DNA of 64,000 nucleotides from Dehalococcoidia bacterium (lineage in GTDB: Bacteria; Chloroflexota; Dehalococcoidia; UBA2979). The stretch is from the NCBI GenBank assembly GCA_028279505.1, contig JANQNP010000004.1, positions 6,154-70,153 of the forward strand, given 5' to 3'. This document shows positions 49,413 to 58,255 of this stretch, in pieces. How positions within the stretch are numbered: the stretch's first letter is position 1; every line of letters starts with the position of its first letter. The notes beneath the pieces are model-generated. The model did no database searches. It had not been told where the DNA came from and saw only the letters and a program-made list of their open reading frames with translations. The position numbers and the translations under genes were made by a program.

Positions 49413-50270
49413 CTAAGCGATGTCTTCAAGGTCGGTGTCCTGCGTGCCGAACTCGGCCTGTGAGACGGGCCGGCCGAGGACGAATCCCTGCGCTCGGGTG
49501 ATGTCCATCTGGCGCAGCAGCCGCAGATGCTCGATCGACTCGACGCGCTTGGCGCCGACGCCGACGCCCCAGGACTGAGCCTGCACGACGGCGCGCTCGA
49601 TCATCGCCTCGGCGTCGGCCTTCGTACGCTGCAGCTCGGCGATCTCCTCGTCGGTTGGATCGGGGTTGAGGAGGACGGGGACGGACGACAGGTCGATCTT
49701 GACGCGGTCGACGGGCAGGTTGCGGAGGAGCTTGAGCATCTCCTCGTTGGACCCGAAGTCATCGATGGAGATCGAGATGCCGGCCGCGTGGAGTTCGCGC
49801 ACAGTCGCGGCGATCGTCTCCGAATCGGCCTGCAGTGCTTCCTCGGCGAGCTCGACCTCGAGGTGATCGGTCGGGAGACCGGTCTGGTCGAGGATCTCGC
49901 GCAGCGTGTCGACGAGACCGGGGCGGATCAGCTCGCTGGCAGCGAGGTTGAGCGTCACGCGAAGCTGGTCGGTGTTGATGCTGAGGTCGCGGCGGAACTC
50001 GGAGGCGGTGCGGAGGGTGTCCACATCGAGGGGCAGCAGCAGCCCGGCGCGCTCGGCGACGGGCACGAACCGCTGCGCCGGAATCACGCCGACGTCGGGG
50101 TGCTCCCAACGGACCAGCGCCTCGACGCCGGCCAGCGAGCCTGATTCGACCTCCACGATCGGCTGAAAGTGGACGTCGAACTGCTCGAGCCACAGCGCAC
50201 GTCGGATGTTCCCGGGATGATCGAGATCCCGCTCATCCGAAGTACGACGGAATCGATCGATGAGACCCAC
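49413..50270 (-). CDS. Stand-alone EAL-domain protein, probably catalytically degenerate
   Basis: HFQPIV, EALVRW, TLN, EVELAE, IDDFG, VKID and AQGF present; EGVE replaced by KRVE. Confidence 0.88.
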   Translation of the reverse strand: MGLIDRFRRTSDERDLDHPGNIRRALWLEQFDVHFQPIVEVESGSLAGVEALVRWEHPDVGVIPAQRFVPVAERAGLLLPLDVDTLRTASEFRRDLSINTDQLRVTLNLAASELIRPGLVDTLREILDQTGLPTDHLEVELAEEALQADSETIAATVRELHAAGISISIDDFGSNEEMLKLLRNLPVDRVKIDLSSVPVLLNPDPTDEEIAELQRTKADAEAMIERAVVQAQSWGVGVGAKRVESIEHLRLLRQMDITRAQGFVLGRPVSQAEFGTQDTDLEDIA

Positions 50271-50367
50271 AGGCCCCAGCCTCCCAGCGTGACATTCCGG
50301 GCGTCACACGCTTAAGCGTCGGCACCCCTCGGTGAATGGCGCAGGGAGCTGGAGGTCGGGATTCTCC

Positions 50368-51522
50368 CTACTGCAGGATGCGAATTCGAATCGCGTCCGC
50401 GATGGCCTCGAAGGTGGCCTCTAGGTCATCGGCGGTGGGGGCGTTCAGGTAGATGCCACCACCGACGTTGGCGATGTTCTGCAGCAGCGTGTCATTCACG
50501 CTGGGCCCGAGGCCAATCGTGTAGATCGCGATACCGTTGTTGGCCGCAGTCACCGCCTGGTTGTACGCATAGGTCTCGGCATTGCAGGAGCTGGTGCCAT
50601 AGCTGTAGCAGCGATTCGCGATGCCGTCGGTCATGACGACCATGATCTTGGCGGCGTTCACCCGCCCGTTGCCGTACAGCAGCTCGTTCTGAGCGACCTC
50701 GATGGCGTAGCCGATGTTGGTGGAACCGTCGGGCGCGAGCTCGAGCACCTCGTCAGCGAACTCCGAACAGTTCACGCAACCGCTGCTCGTGTCATCGTCG
50801 AAGGTCGTATCGCCGGGGTCATTGAAGTCGGTGGTCAGGGCCTCGTCGAGCGTCGCGTACCTCGAATAGCTGACCAGCCCGAGACGGTCGTAGACCGGCG
50901 TGAAGAAGGTGCTGAAGGTGACAGCGGCCTCCTGCGTCGAGCGGATCGGCTCCCAGCTCCAGGCCGGCGTCACATCACCATCCGGTGACGGTCGCCTATC
51001 CGATTCGTCGCAGTCAAAGTCATCGTGAGACTGGATGCACATCGACCCGGAGCGGTCGAGCACGACCGCGATGTCCTTCACCTGCGCGCCGGCTTCGGCG
51101 AACGCTCCAACCGTGGCGTTCGGCGTGCCCAGCAGGGCCAGGATCCCGAAGTTCACCGTCGCGTCGACATCGATCTGGATTCGGGCGTCTGCCCATCCAC
51201 TGCCGGCATCAGGGAACGTCACGTTGATCGTGGATCCGTCCGCGACGGACGGTTTGTTCAGATCCCAGTACTGCTGCGCCTTGGCTTCGGCAAGGTCGGT
51301 GTCCGGGAGCTCCTGAGCACCCGCGTGAGCGGCGGCGTCGACCGCGTTCTGAAGCTGACGTCTCGTCTCGTAGTAGCGGCCGCCGTCGAGTGTCAGGCCG
51401 ACGACGCCAAGCATCGCGACCAAACCACCGGTCACGATGACAATCGCGATGCCCCGCTCATCGGATACGAATCGACGAACCAAGCCGCCCGCTAGCCGAC
51501 GTAGTCGCCCGTGAGTTCGCAC
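50368..51522 (-). CDS. TadG-like minor pilin/tip adhesin with vWA domain
   Basis: ERG| prepilin-like site, Tad N-terminal motif LDGGRYY...QLQNAVDAAAHAGA, vWA MIDAS DRSGS, TDG; AGGAGG RBS before GTG 51522. Confidence 0.85.
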   Translation of the reverse strand: MRTHGRLRRLAGGLVRRFVSDERGIAIVIVTGGLVAMLGVVGLTLDGGRYYETRRQLQNAVDAAAHAGAQELPDTDLAEAKAQQYWDLNKPSVADGSTINVTFPDAGSGWADARIQIDVDATVNFGILALLGTPNATVGAFAEAGAQVKDIAVVLDRSGSMCIQSHDDFDCDESDRRPSPDGDVTPAWSWEPIRSTQEAAVTFSTFFTPVYDRLGLVSYSRYATLDEALTTDFNDPGDTTFDDDTSSGCVNCSEFADEVLELAPDGSTNIGYAIEVAQNELLYGNGRVNAAKIMVVMTDGIANRCYSYGTSSCNAETYAYNQAVTAANNGIAIYTIGLGPSVNDTLLQNIANVGGGIYLNAPTADDLEATFEAIADAIRIRILQ

Positions 51523-51667
51523 TCGACTGTCCCTCCTACGATTCCGCCCGACGATCGACCCACAGCCCGGGCTAGGGGTCGCGCCAACGATCGATGCTCG
51601 TTGGCTGGCCGCAGCGGCCGGGTAAGTCCTCTGAGGGACCTCCCACATAGATGCTCGGCGAACCCCC

Positions 51668-51775
51668 TAAAGGTCTTCACCCCACCTTCCGATGATTGCG
51701 GAGTCGATGGCTCTCGAGTCACCGGCGAACCGCGCAGGGGCCCACCGCTCTAGCGCAACCGACCAGTGCCGATTT
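51668..51775 (+). promoter_or_regulatory. Two putative sigma-28 (FliA/SigD/WhiG-type) promoter motifs upstream of flp
   Basis: TAAA-N16-TCCGATGA (51668-51695) and TCTAG-N14-GCCGATTT (51749-51775), compared with consensus TAAA-N15/16-GCCGATAA. Confidence 0.45.
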
Positions 51776-51947
51776 GGAGCAAGGGTTCCAGCTGCGGCGT
51801 TCCGGAGACGCGGGCGTCACTGCGGGCGACTGGACCGGAAGGGAGTGCGGCGGAGCGAAGCAGGAATTGCACTCGCGCTGGGCTGCCCAGCACGCAACAG
51901 TCAAACACTGAGCAAATGCTCAGCGATTTTGGTGGAGGTTTGAGTAC

Positions 51948-52130
51948 ATGATCGACAAGCTGAACGGCTACCTGCTGCTGAAGCAGGCTGAGTACGAAGT
52001 CGCCAAGGACGAGGGCCAGACGATGGTCGAGTACGGTCTCGTACTCGTTGCCGTCGCGATCGCCGCGCTGACTGCGTACGAGCTCCTCGGCGGCCGCGTT
52101 GGCACGTTCATCAACGGGATCAACTTCTAG
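51948..52130 (+). CDS. flp: Flp family major pilin 1
   Basis: DEG|QTMVEYGLVL Flp motif followed by a hydrophobic helix; GGAGG RBS. Confidence 0.93.
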   Translation: MIDKLNGYLLLKQAEYEVAKDEGQTMVEYGLVLVAVAIAALTAYELLGGRVGTFINGINF

Positions 52131-52165
52131 GACGTAGCTCTCCTCGAGCTATCAGTGTGAGTTGA

Positions 52166-52195
52166 ACCGCCCGTCGGCGCAGGCCGACGGGCGGT
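52166..52195 (+). terminator. Stem-loop after flp1 (attenuating terminator or mRNA stabiliser)
   Basis: 13-bp perfect stem ACCGCCCGTCGGC-gcag-GCCGACGGGCGGT; weak U tract. Confidence 0.65.
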
Positions 52196-52247
52196 CCAGC
52201 TCTTCGTTGCTCTAAGGGGCCAGCTCATCGTCTCCGCCTCCCATGAC

Positions 52248-52412
52248 ATGCCAGAAATAGATGCTCGTTTCTCCGGATGGGAGCAGGACTCCGGCCAGAC
52301 GATGGTCGAGTACGGCTTCGTACTGGTTGCTGTCGCCCTGGCAGCGATCACGGCGTTCCAATTGTTCGGAGGCAGGGTGTCGGACCTCGTGAATACCGTG
52401 ACGATCACGTAG
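52248..52412 (+). CDS. flp: Flp family pilin 2 (absent from ORF track, 54 aa)
   Basis: MPEIDARFSGWEQDSG|QTMVEYGFVLVAVALAAITAFQLFGGRVSDLVNTVTIT; clear paralogue of flp1. Confidence 0.82.
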   Translation: MPEIDARFSGWEQDSGQTMVEYGFVLVAVALAAITAFQLFGGRVSDLVNTVTIT

Positions 52413-52450
52413 CGACTGCCCATCCGGAGGCGGTCCAGTGGATGGTTCAG

Positions 52451-52846
52451 ATGCGCAAACTCCTCCGTAGCGAACGTGGCCAGACGATGGTTGAGACGGC
52501 GATCGTGTTGCCGGTTGTCATCTTCATGCTCGTCGCCATGGTCGATGCCGGGCGAGTCTTCCACGCGTGGATCGTCGTGACGAACAGTGCGCGAGAAGGT
52601 GCTCGCGCTGGCGCTGCTCGGCAGTCTGCCGATGTGGTCGAGAACCGGATCGAAGCTGCGATGAACGGTTGGCTTTGCGACGACGCGGAAACGACCTGTT
52701 CAGACAACGGAAACATTCAGGGAACTTCTGGTACGGCCTTACAGATTCAGGTGTCACGGGACGTCACCTTGCTCTCGCCGCTGATCGCGGCGTTCTGGGG
52801 CGACACGGTCACGCTCACCGGCGACGCGACGATGCAGCTGGAGTGA
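52451..52846 (+). CDS. tadE: TadE-like minor pilin
   Basis: ERG|QTMVETAIVLP, NSAREGAR motif. Confidence 0.9.
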   Translation: MRKLLRSERGQTMVETAIVLPVVIFMLVAMVDAGRVFHAWIVVTNSAREGARAGAARQSADVVENRIEAAMNGWLCDDAETTCSDNGNIQGTSGTALQIQVSRDVTLLSPLIAAFWGDTVTLTGDATMQLE

Positions 52847-52849
52847 CAC

Positions 52850-53617
52850 ATGCCCGCCATCAAGAAACTGATCGAACTGCCGATGACGCGCCCGTCGCTG
52901 TTGGGCGCGGTACTCGCCGTCGTAGTCGGCGTGGGGACGTTCATGTACCTCGGCGACGGCGAGGCCGGTGCTGCTGATACGGGTGTCGTTGCCACCATTC
53001 CGGTCGTGGTGGCGGATCGCAACGTCGACGCACGAACGCGATTGGGCGAGGACGATCTCGAACTCGTCGAGATTCCGAGTAGCGCCGCTCATCCGCGGGC
53101 GCTACGGACGATCGAGGACGCGGTCGATCTCTTTGCCGCGGGATACATCGCGGCCGGGCAGCAGGTATTGCCGCACGATCTCTCCGAGGATGTCTTCGGT
53201 GGCGGGCTGGCACAGCTCGTTCCCGAGGGGCGCCGGGCCGTTTCCGTTGCGATCTCCAACGCAGCCGCCGCCGGCGGTCTAGTCTCTCCGGGCGACCACA
53301 TCGACATCATCGCGATCTTCGACGAGGAGCTCCGCGGCGAACCCGGGACCGCGATCGTCGCAGAGAACGTCGAGGTGCTCGCGCTCTCCCAGCTGGTACT
53401 CGGTGATGAGCTCGCCGACGACGAAGAAAGCCCGACCGCGGGCTCTGGCCCAAACGCGGTGAGCGCGACGGTGACCGTCGCCGTCTCGCTTGACGATGCT
53501 CAGCGGATTGCGCTCGCTGACTCCTTCGGCGAACTGCGCGTCTTCCTCCGGCATCCCGATGATGACACTGAACCATTCGCAGCGCCGGTGGACCTCGAGT
53601 CCGTGGTTCGCGGCTAG
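52850..53617 (+). CDS. cpaB: Flp pilus assembly protein CpaB (RcpC)
   Basis: TM helix, SAF domain (VVVA), PEGRRAVSV, GGLVSPGDHIDI, ENVEVLA. Confidence 0.92.
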   Translation: MPAIKKLIELPMTRPSLLGAVLAVVVGVGTFMYLGDGEAGAADTGVVATIPVVVADRNVDARTRLGEDDLELVEIPSSAAHPRALRTIEDAVDLFAAGYIAAGQQVLPHDLSEDVFGGGLAQLVPEGRRAVSVAISNAAAAGGLVSPGDHIDIIAIFDEELRGEPGTAIVAENVEVLALSQLVLGDELADDEESPTAGSGPNAVSATVTVAVSLDDAQRIALADSFGELRVFLRHPDDDTEPFAAPVDLESVVRG

Positions 53618-53634
53618 AAGGCGGGCACGACGTC

Positions 53635-54822
53635 ATGCAGGGCGACAGTCCGATCAAGGCACTCCTCGTCTCCAGCGACCCTGAGGTCCTGGAGACGATG
53701 AAGCGGACGCTGGCCACGGGCTCGTTCACGCTCGCCGGGGAGGCTTGGCCGGGCATCGAGGCTGTCCGCCTCGCGTCCGAAAGTGAGCCCGATGTCGTGC
53801 TCCTCCACGTCGAGGAGCCGCTCGGACCAGCCGTGAATACGGTTCGCTCGATCGCGCAAGCCGCGCCGCAAGCCGGGATCGCTGTCCTCTCGAGCCTCGG
53901 CGACTTGGACACGATTCGCCGCGTGATGAACGCCGGCGCGCACGACTTCGCGACGCTTCCGCTGCGCGACGACGAGATGCGCGACGCGGCCCGCCGCGCC
54001 CTCGACGCCGTTCGCCGATCCGACGACGAGGACGAGATCGTCGCTGCCCCGACTGGGACCGTGCTCTGTGTCGTGGGTCCGCGCGGCGGGGTGGGCAAGA
54101 CCGCGGTCGCCTCGAACCTCGCAGTCGCCCTGGCCAACGAGACGGGGACTGCCGTCGCCCTCGTCGACCTCGACCTACTGTTCGGGTCGGCGGCGATCGC
54201 GCTCGGCGTGATGCCGGCCGCGACAATCCAGAACTGGCTTCAGATGAAGGCGAGCGGTCACAGCGAACCGGTCGGCCGCTACCTCTCGAATCACCGCGCC
54301 GGCCTGAAGGTGCTCGCGGCGCCGCTTGAGCCGGACACCGAACTGGAGTTCGGTCCGCAAGAGGTCGCCGACATCATCAACGACCTCGCGAGCACCCACG
54401 AGTTCGTCGTCATCGATACGCCGCCTTCGTTCACCGAGATCAGCGCTGCCGCGATCGAACTGGCATCGGCGACGATGATGCTCACGACGGGCGACATCGC
54501 GTCCCTCCGCGCCGTCCGTCACGTCGTCCAGACGCTGCACGCGTGGGGCATCGACGACGAACGACTTCGCCTCGTGCGCAACAGCCCGGTGCCCTTCCGC
54601 GGTGCGTCCGACGATGAGATGCGCGAGGCGATCGGGATCGACGTCGCCTGGTCGCTGCCGCACGACCGCGATGTGTTCAAAACGACCGACCTCGGTGTGT
54701 CCGTCGTCGAGTCAAACCAGCGCAGCCCGTTCGCCCGCCAAGTGACCGATATGGCCCATTTCTTCGGTCGCGTGAAGAAGACCGATCAGCCGGCGCGACG
54801 CCGCGTGCTGGGCGTGTTCTAG
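53635..54822 (+). CDS. cpaE: CpaE/TadZ (receiver-like domain plus MinD-type ATPase)
   Basis: N-terminal pseudo-receiver (PDVVLLH, no phospho-Asp), GPRGGVGKT, LVDLDL, VVIDTPP. Confidence 0.88.
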   Translation: MQGDSPIKALLVSSDPEVLETMKRTLATGSFTLAGEAWPGIEAVRLASESEPDVVLLHVEEPLGPAVNTVRSIAQAAPQAGIAVLSSLGDLDTIRRVMNAGAHDFATLPLRDDEMRDAARRALDAVRRSDDEDEIVAAPTGTVLCVVGPRGGVGKTAVASNLAVALANETGTAVALVDLDLLFGSAAIALGVMPAATIQNWLQMKASGHSEPVGRYLSNHRAGLKVLAAPLEPDTELEFGPQEVADIINDLASTHEFVVIDTPPSFTEISAAAIELASATMMLTTGDIASLRAVRHVVQTLHAWGIDDERLRLVRNSPVPFRGASDDEMREAIGIDVAWSLPHDRDVFKTTDLGVSVVESNQRSPFARQVTDMAHFFGRVKKTDQPARRRVLGVF

Positions 54823-54852
54823 ACGCCCTAGTCGACGAGCGGGAGCGACCAC

Positions 54853-56421
54853 ATGCCACTCATCCAACGACCTAACCTGCAGCGTCCGTCCTCGGACGGG
54901 GAACCGACCGCGGCGCCAGACGTTGCCGCCGAGGACGTTCCGGCTGAAGCCGACGAGTCAGCAGCCCCAGTCACGCCCTTCCCGACTGCGGAAGAGACGC
55001 CGCCAGCACCCGAACCTGCTCGAACCGACGACGCTGACACGCCAGCCGTAGCACCGACGCCGATGCGTCGGGTCGCACCTCGAGGACCGGCACGGGCCCG
55101 GATGGCGCCGGCAACGCCCGCGACATCGGAGCCTGGGGCGCCGGAGGCCGGAGCGCCCTCGCCGCCGGGCACTCCGCCAACCACGGCAGAGCTTCGCCGG
55201 GACCTGCACCGGAAGCTGATCGACGAGATTGATCAGGCCGCCCTCACCGGTATGCCGGAGGCGGAGGCTCGCTCGTTCGTCGAGGAGGCAGCGGCTGAAC
55301 TCGTCAATCGTGAGGTCTCGGCGGGTCTGGGCGGATTCCGAGAGCGTCTACTGGAACAGCTCGTCGACGACATCCTGGGTCTCGGGCCACTCGAGCCACT
55401 GCTCCGCGATCCGTCGATCGCGGAAGTGATGGTCAACGGTCCCAGCTCTGTCTATATCGAGCGGGCCGGGCGCCTCACTCTGACGGGCGTCCAGTTCCGT
55501 GACGATGCCCACGTGGTGCACGTGATCGAGCGGATTCTTGCTCCAGCCGGTCGGACGATCGACGAGTCGAACCCAATGGTCGACGCGCGTCTCCCTGACG
55601 GCTCTCGTGTCAACGCGGTGATCCCGCCAGCCTCGACGATCGGACCGCTTCTCACCATCCGCAAGTTCGTCGCCGACCGCCTGACCGCGGAGGACTTGAT
55701 CCGCATGGGGTCGCTCAGTCAGCAATCGGCGGACCTGTTGAACGCTGGCGTCGACGCCGGCCTCAACATCATCGTGAGCGGCGGTACGGGTTCCGGCAAG
55801 ACGACGATGCTCAACGTGTTGTCGACCTGGATCCCGGCGCAGCATCGCATCCTGACGATCGAAGACCCGGCAGAGTTGTCGCTTCGACAGCCACACGTCG
55901 TCTCGCTCGAAGCGCGTCCCGGAGCGGCGGTCAATCCGATCACGCAGGCGCAGTTGCTCAAGAACTCCCTGCGTATGCGGCCTGACCGCATCATCGTTGG
56001 TGAGGTCCGAGGTGGCGAAGCCTTCGACATGCTCCAGGCCATGAACACCGGTCACGAAGGCAGCATGTCGACCGTTCACGCCAACACGCCCCGTGACGCG
56101 GTTCGTCGTGTCGAGAATATGGTCCTGATGGCTGGGTTCGAGCTGCCGGTGCGCGCGATTCGCGAGCAGGTGGCATCCGCCCTCGACATGATCGTCCAGG
56201 TGTCACGTATGCGAGACGGCACCCGCCGCGTCACGGCGATCAGCGAGGTCGTCGGCATGGAGGACCAGACCATCACGATGCAGGACCTGTTCGTCTACGA
56301 GCACGCTGAGAACGAGCTGATGTTCCAGGGGATCCGGCCAGCGTGCGCCGACCGGCTCGAAGCACAAGGTTTCAAGGTGCCCTTGTCAGACGACTACGCG
56401 CCCACAGGCACCGGTTGGTAG
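54853..56421 (+). CDS. cpaF: CpaF/TadA pilus assembly ATPase
   Basis: GLGPLEPLL.D, DARLPDGSRVN, GGTGSGKTT, LRMRPDRIIVGEVRG, MNTGHEG. Confidence 0.95.
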   Translation: MPLIQRPNLQRPSSDGEPTAAPDVAAEDVPAEADESAAPVTPFPTAEETPPAPEPARTDDADTPAVAPTPMRRVAPRGPARARMAPATPATSEPGAPEAGAPSPPGTPPTTAELRRDLHRKLIDEIDQAALTGMPEAEARSFVEEAAAELVNREVSAGLGGFRERLLEQLVDDILGLGPLEPLLRDPSIAEVMVNGPSSVYIERAGRLTLTGVQFRDDAHVVHVIERILAPAGRTIDESNPMVDARLPDGSRVNAVIPPASTIGPLLTIRKFVADRLTAEDLIRMGSLSQQSADLLNAGVDAGLNIIVSGGTGSGKTTMLNVLSTWIPAQHRILTIEDPAELSLRQPHVVSLEARPGAAVNPITQAQLLKNSLRMRPDRIIVGEVRGGEAFDMLQAMNTGHEGSMSTVHANTPRDAVRRVENMVLMAGFELPVRAIREQVASALDMIVQVSRMRDGTRRVTAISEVVGMEDQTITMQDLFVYEHAENELMFQGIRPACADRLEAQGFKVPLSDDYAPTGTGW

Positions 56422-56432
56422 GAGGTTCCGAT

Positions 56433-57350
56433 ATGACGCCAATCCTCCTGGCGGCAGCCGCTGCCGCCGCGGTCTTCCTACTCGTCCGAGGCTTCGTCGG
56501 CGGCGGGCGCACCTCGACCGGGAGTCGGCGACGGATGGACGCGGTGTTGAACTCCGCAGCTGACGCCGATGCCCGCCGTGCGAAGAGTTCGCGGCGGAGC
56601 GCCGTCGGGGCGATGGGGAAAAAGCGCATCAGCGCGCTGAAGTCACAGCGCCGAAACGCGAACTACAAGGCACTCAGCATCGCCGGGCTCTGCGGTATCG
56701 TAACGGCTGTCGTTGGATGGACATTTCTCGGGATCGTCGGAAGCATCGCGGGTATGGGAGCCGGATTCCTGCTTCCGACGGTCGTCCGCTCACAGATGAC
56801 TCGCCAGCGGCGTTCGAAGATCAACGATCAATTGCCCGACTTGTTGCAGACGCTGGCAGGCGGGCTGCGGGCCGGTCAGACCTTCATCCAGACGCTCGAT
56901 TCCGCGGCCGACGAGCTCGGTGAGCCGTTCCGAACTGAGCTACTCCGCGCACTCCGAGAGCTTGAACTTGGCGTGAGTGTGGAAGACGCCTTCGAAGGAC
57001 TACGCGACCGCATTCAGGACGACGACTTCGATCTCGTGGTGGACGCAGTGCTCATCCAGCGAAAGGTCGGCGGAAACCTCGCCGAAGTGCTGACGAACAT
57101 CGCCCACACGATCCGAGAGCGGATTCGAATTCGCGGTGAGGTCAACGCGCTCACTGGGCAAGCGCGTCTCTCAGGCTGGGTCCTCGGATTGCTACCAGTC
57201 GCGGTCGCAGGACTGGTCTACGCGATGGACCCTGAATACATGACGCCGATGTTCACCAATCCGTTTGGCCTGATGGCGATCATCGGCGCAGGCGTTTCGG
57301 AGGTCTTCGGGATGCTCGTGATTCGCAAGATTGCGGATGTGAAGGTCTAG
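56433..57350 (+). CDS. tadB: TadB-type inner membrane platform protein (T2SS F domain)
   Basis: QLPDLL..LAGGLRAG, IQRKVGGNLAEVL, ALTGQARLSG; AGGAGG RBS. Confidence 0.92.
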   Translation: MTPILLAAAAAAAVFLLVRGFVGGGRTSTGSRRRMDAVLNSAADADARRAKSSRRSAVGAMGKKRISALKSQRRNANYKALSIAGLCGIVTAVVGWTFLGIVGSIAGMGAGFLLPTVVRSQMTRQRRSKINDQLPDLLQTLAGGLRAGQTFIQTLDSAADELGEPFRTELLRALRELELGVSVEDAFEGLRDRIQDDDFDLVVDAVLIQRKVGGNLAEVLTNIAHTIRERIRIRGEVNALTGQARLSGWVLGLLPVAVAGLVYAMDPEYMTPMFTNPFGLMAIIGAGVSEVFGMLVIRKIADVKV

Positions 57351-57351
57351 G

Positions 57352-58251
57352 ATGTCCGCTCTCATTCTCTCGCTCTCATTCGCGATCGCCGCGTTCCTCG
57401 CTACCAGGGCGTTCGCTGGGCTCCGCACGGCGAAGGATGCCCGTCCCGCGTGGCAACAGGAGATCATCGGTCAGCGAGACGTTCCGGCTCCCGAGCCAGC
57501 ACGCCGACGTCGGCGTGAGAGTCTCCGCACGAAGTCGCTGTTCGAGCGGTTGATTCAGGCACCGCCGAGCCTCACGAAGCCCGCCGATCGCATGGTGGCC
57601 GCGGCAGGCCTCAGCGATTCGATGACCGGCGCGACATTCGTTGGTATGTCGGCGATGCTGAGCGTGATCGCAGCGGTGACCGCGCTGCTGTACGTGAGCC
57701 CAGAGGGCCTGACCCAGCGCGAGCTGATGGCCGTCGTTGGCGGCGGAGCGCTCGGGCTGGTCGCCCCCGCGATCATCGTGAACGGCCGGGCCACCCGCCG
57801 TCGGGACGAGATTACCGCCGAGTTGCCGGACCTCGTTGACTTGCTCACTGTGTCAATCGAGGCGGGACTCGCCCTCGAGGCGGCGCTGTCGCGTGTCTCC
57901 GAGCGAGGTAACGGTCCGCTCGCCACTGAGGTTCGGCGCACACTCTCCGAGATCGCCCTCGGCCGTCAGCGCCGTGACGCGCTGCGCGCACTAGGTGTGC
58001 GGACCGATGTCCCGGCGATCGTCGCGTTCGTGAACTCCCTGAATCAAGCGGACCAGTCAGGTATGGAACTCGGCCCAGTGCTTCGCGCGCAGGCCGACGT
58101 CGTACGTCAGAGGCGCCGCCAGCGAGCCGAGGAAGCAGCGATGAAGGCACCAATCAAGATGCTCTTCCCACTGATCTTGTTCATCTTCCCGTCCATCTTC
58201 ATCGTGCTGCTCGGCCCGGCCGCACTTCAGATGATGGACACGATCGGCTAG
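57352..58251 (+). CDS. tadC: TadC-type inner membrane platform protein
   Basis: ELPDLVDLL..SIEAGL, RAEEAAMKAPIKMLFPL..FIFPS. Confidence 0.92.
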   Translation: MSALILSLSFAIAAFLATRAFAGLRTAKDARPAWQQEIIGQRDVPAPEPARRRRRESLRTKSLFERLIQAPPSLTKPADRMVAAAGLSDSMTGATFVGMSAMLSVIAAVTALLYVSPEGLTQRELMAVVGGGALGLVAPAIIVNGRATRRRDEITAELPDLVDLLTVSIEAGLALEAALSRVSERGNGPLATEVRRTLSEIALGRQRRDALRALGVRTDVPAIVAFVNSLNQADQSGMELGPVLRAQADVVRQRRRQRAEEAAMKAPIKMLFPLILFIFPSIFIVLLGPAALQMMDTIG

Positions 58252-58255
58252 GCAA

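Noticed and set aside
51640-51720. Possible c-di-AMP (ydaO) riboswitch on the minus strand (GGGGTGAA...TAGGG)
   Set aside because: The other conserved elements (GCTGAATC and CCCGTCAGCTAA-like segments) are missing; the same bases fit a sigma-28 promoter on the plus strand better
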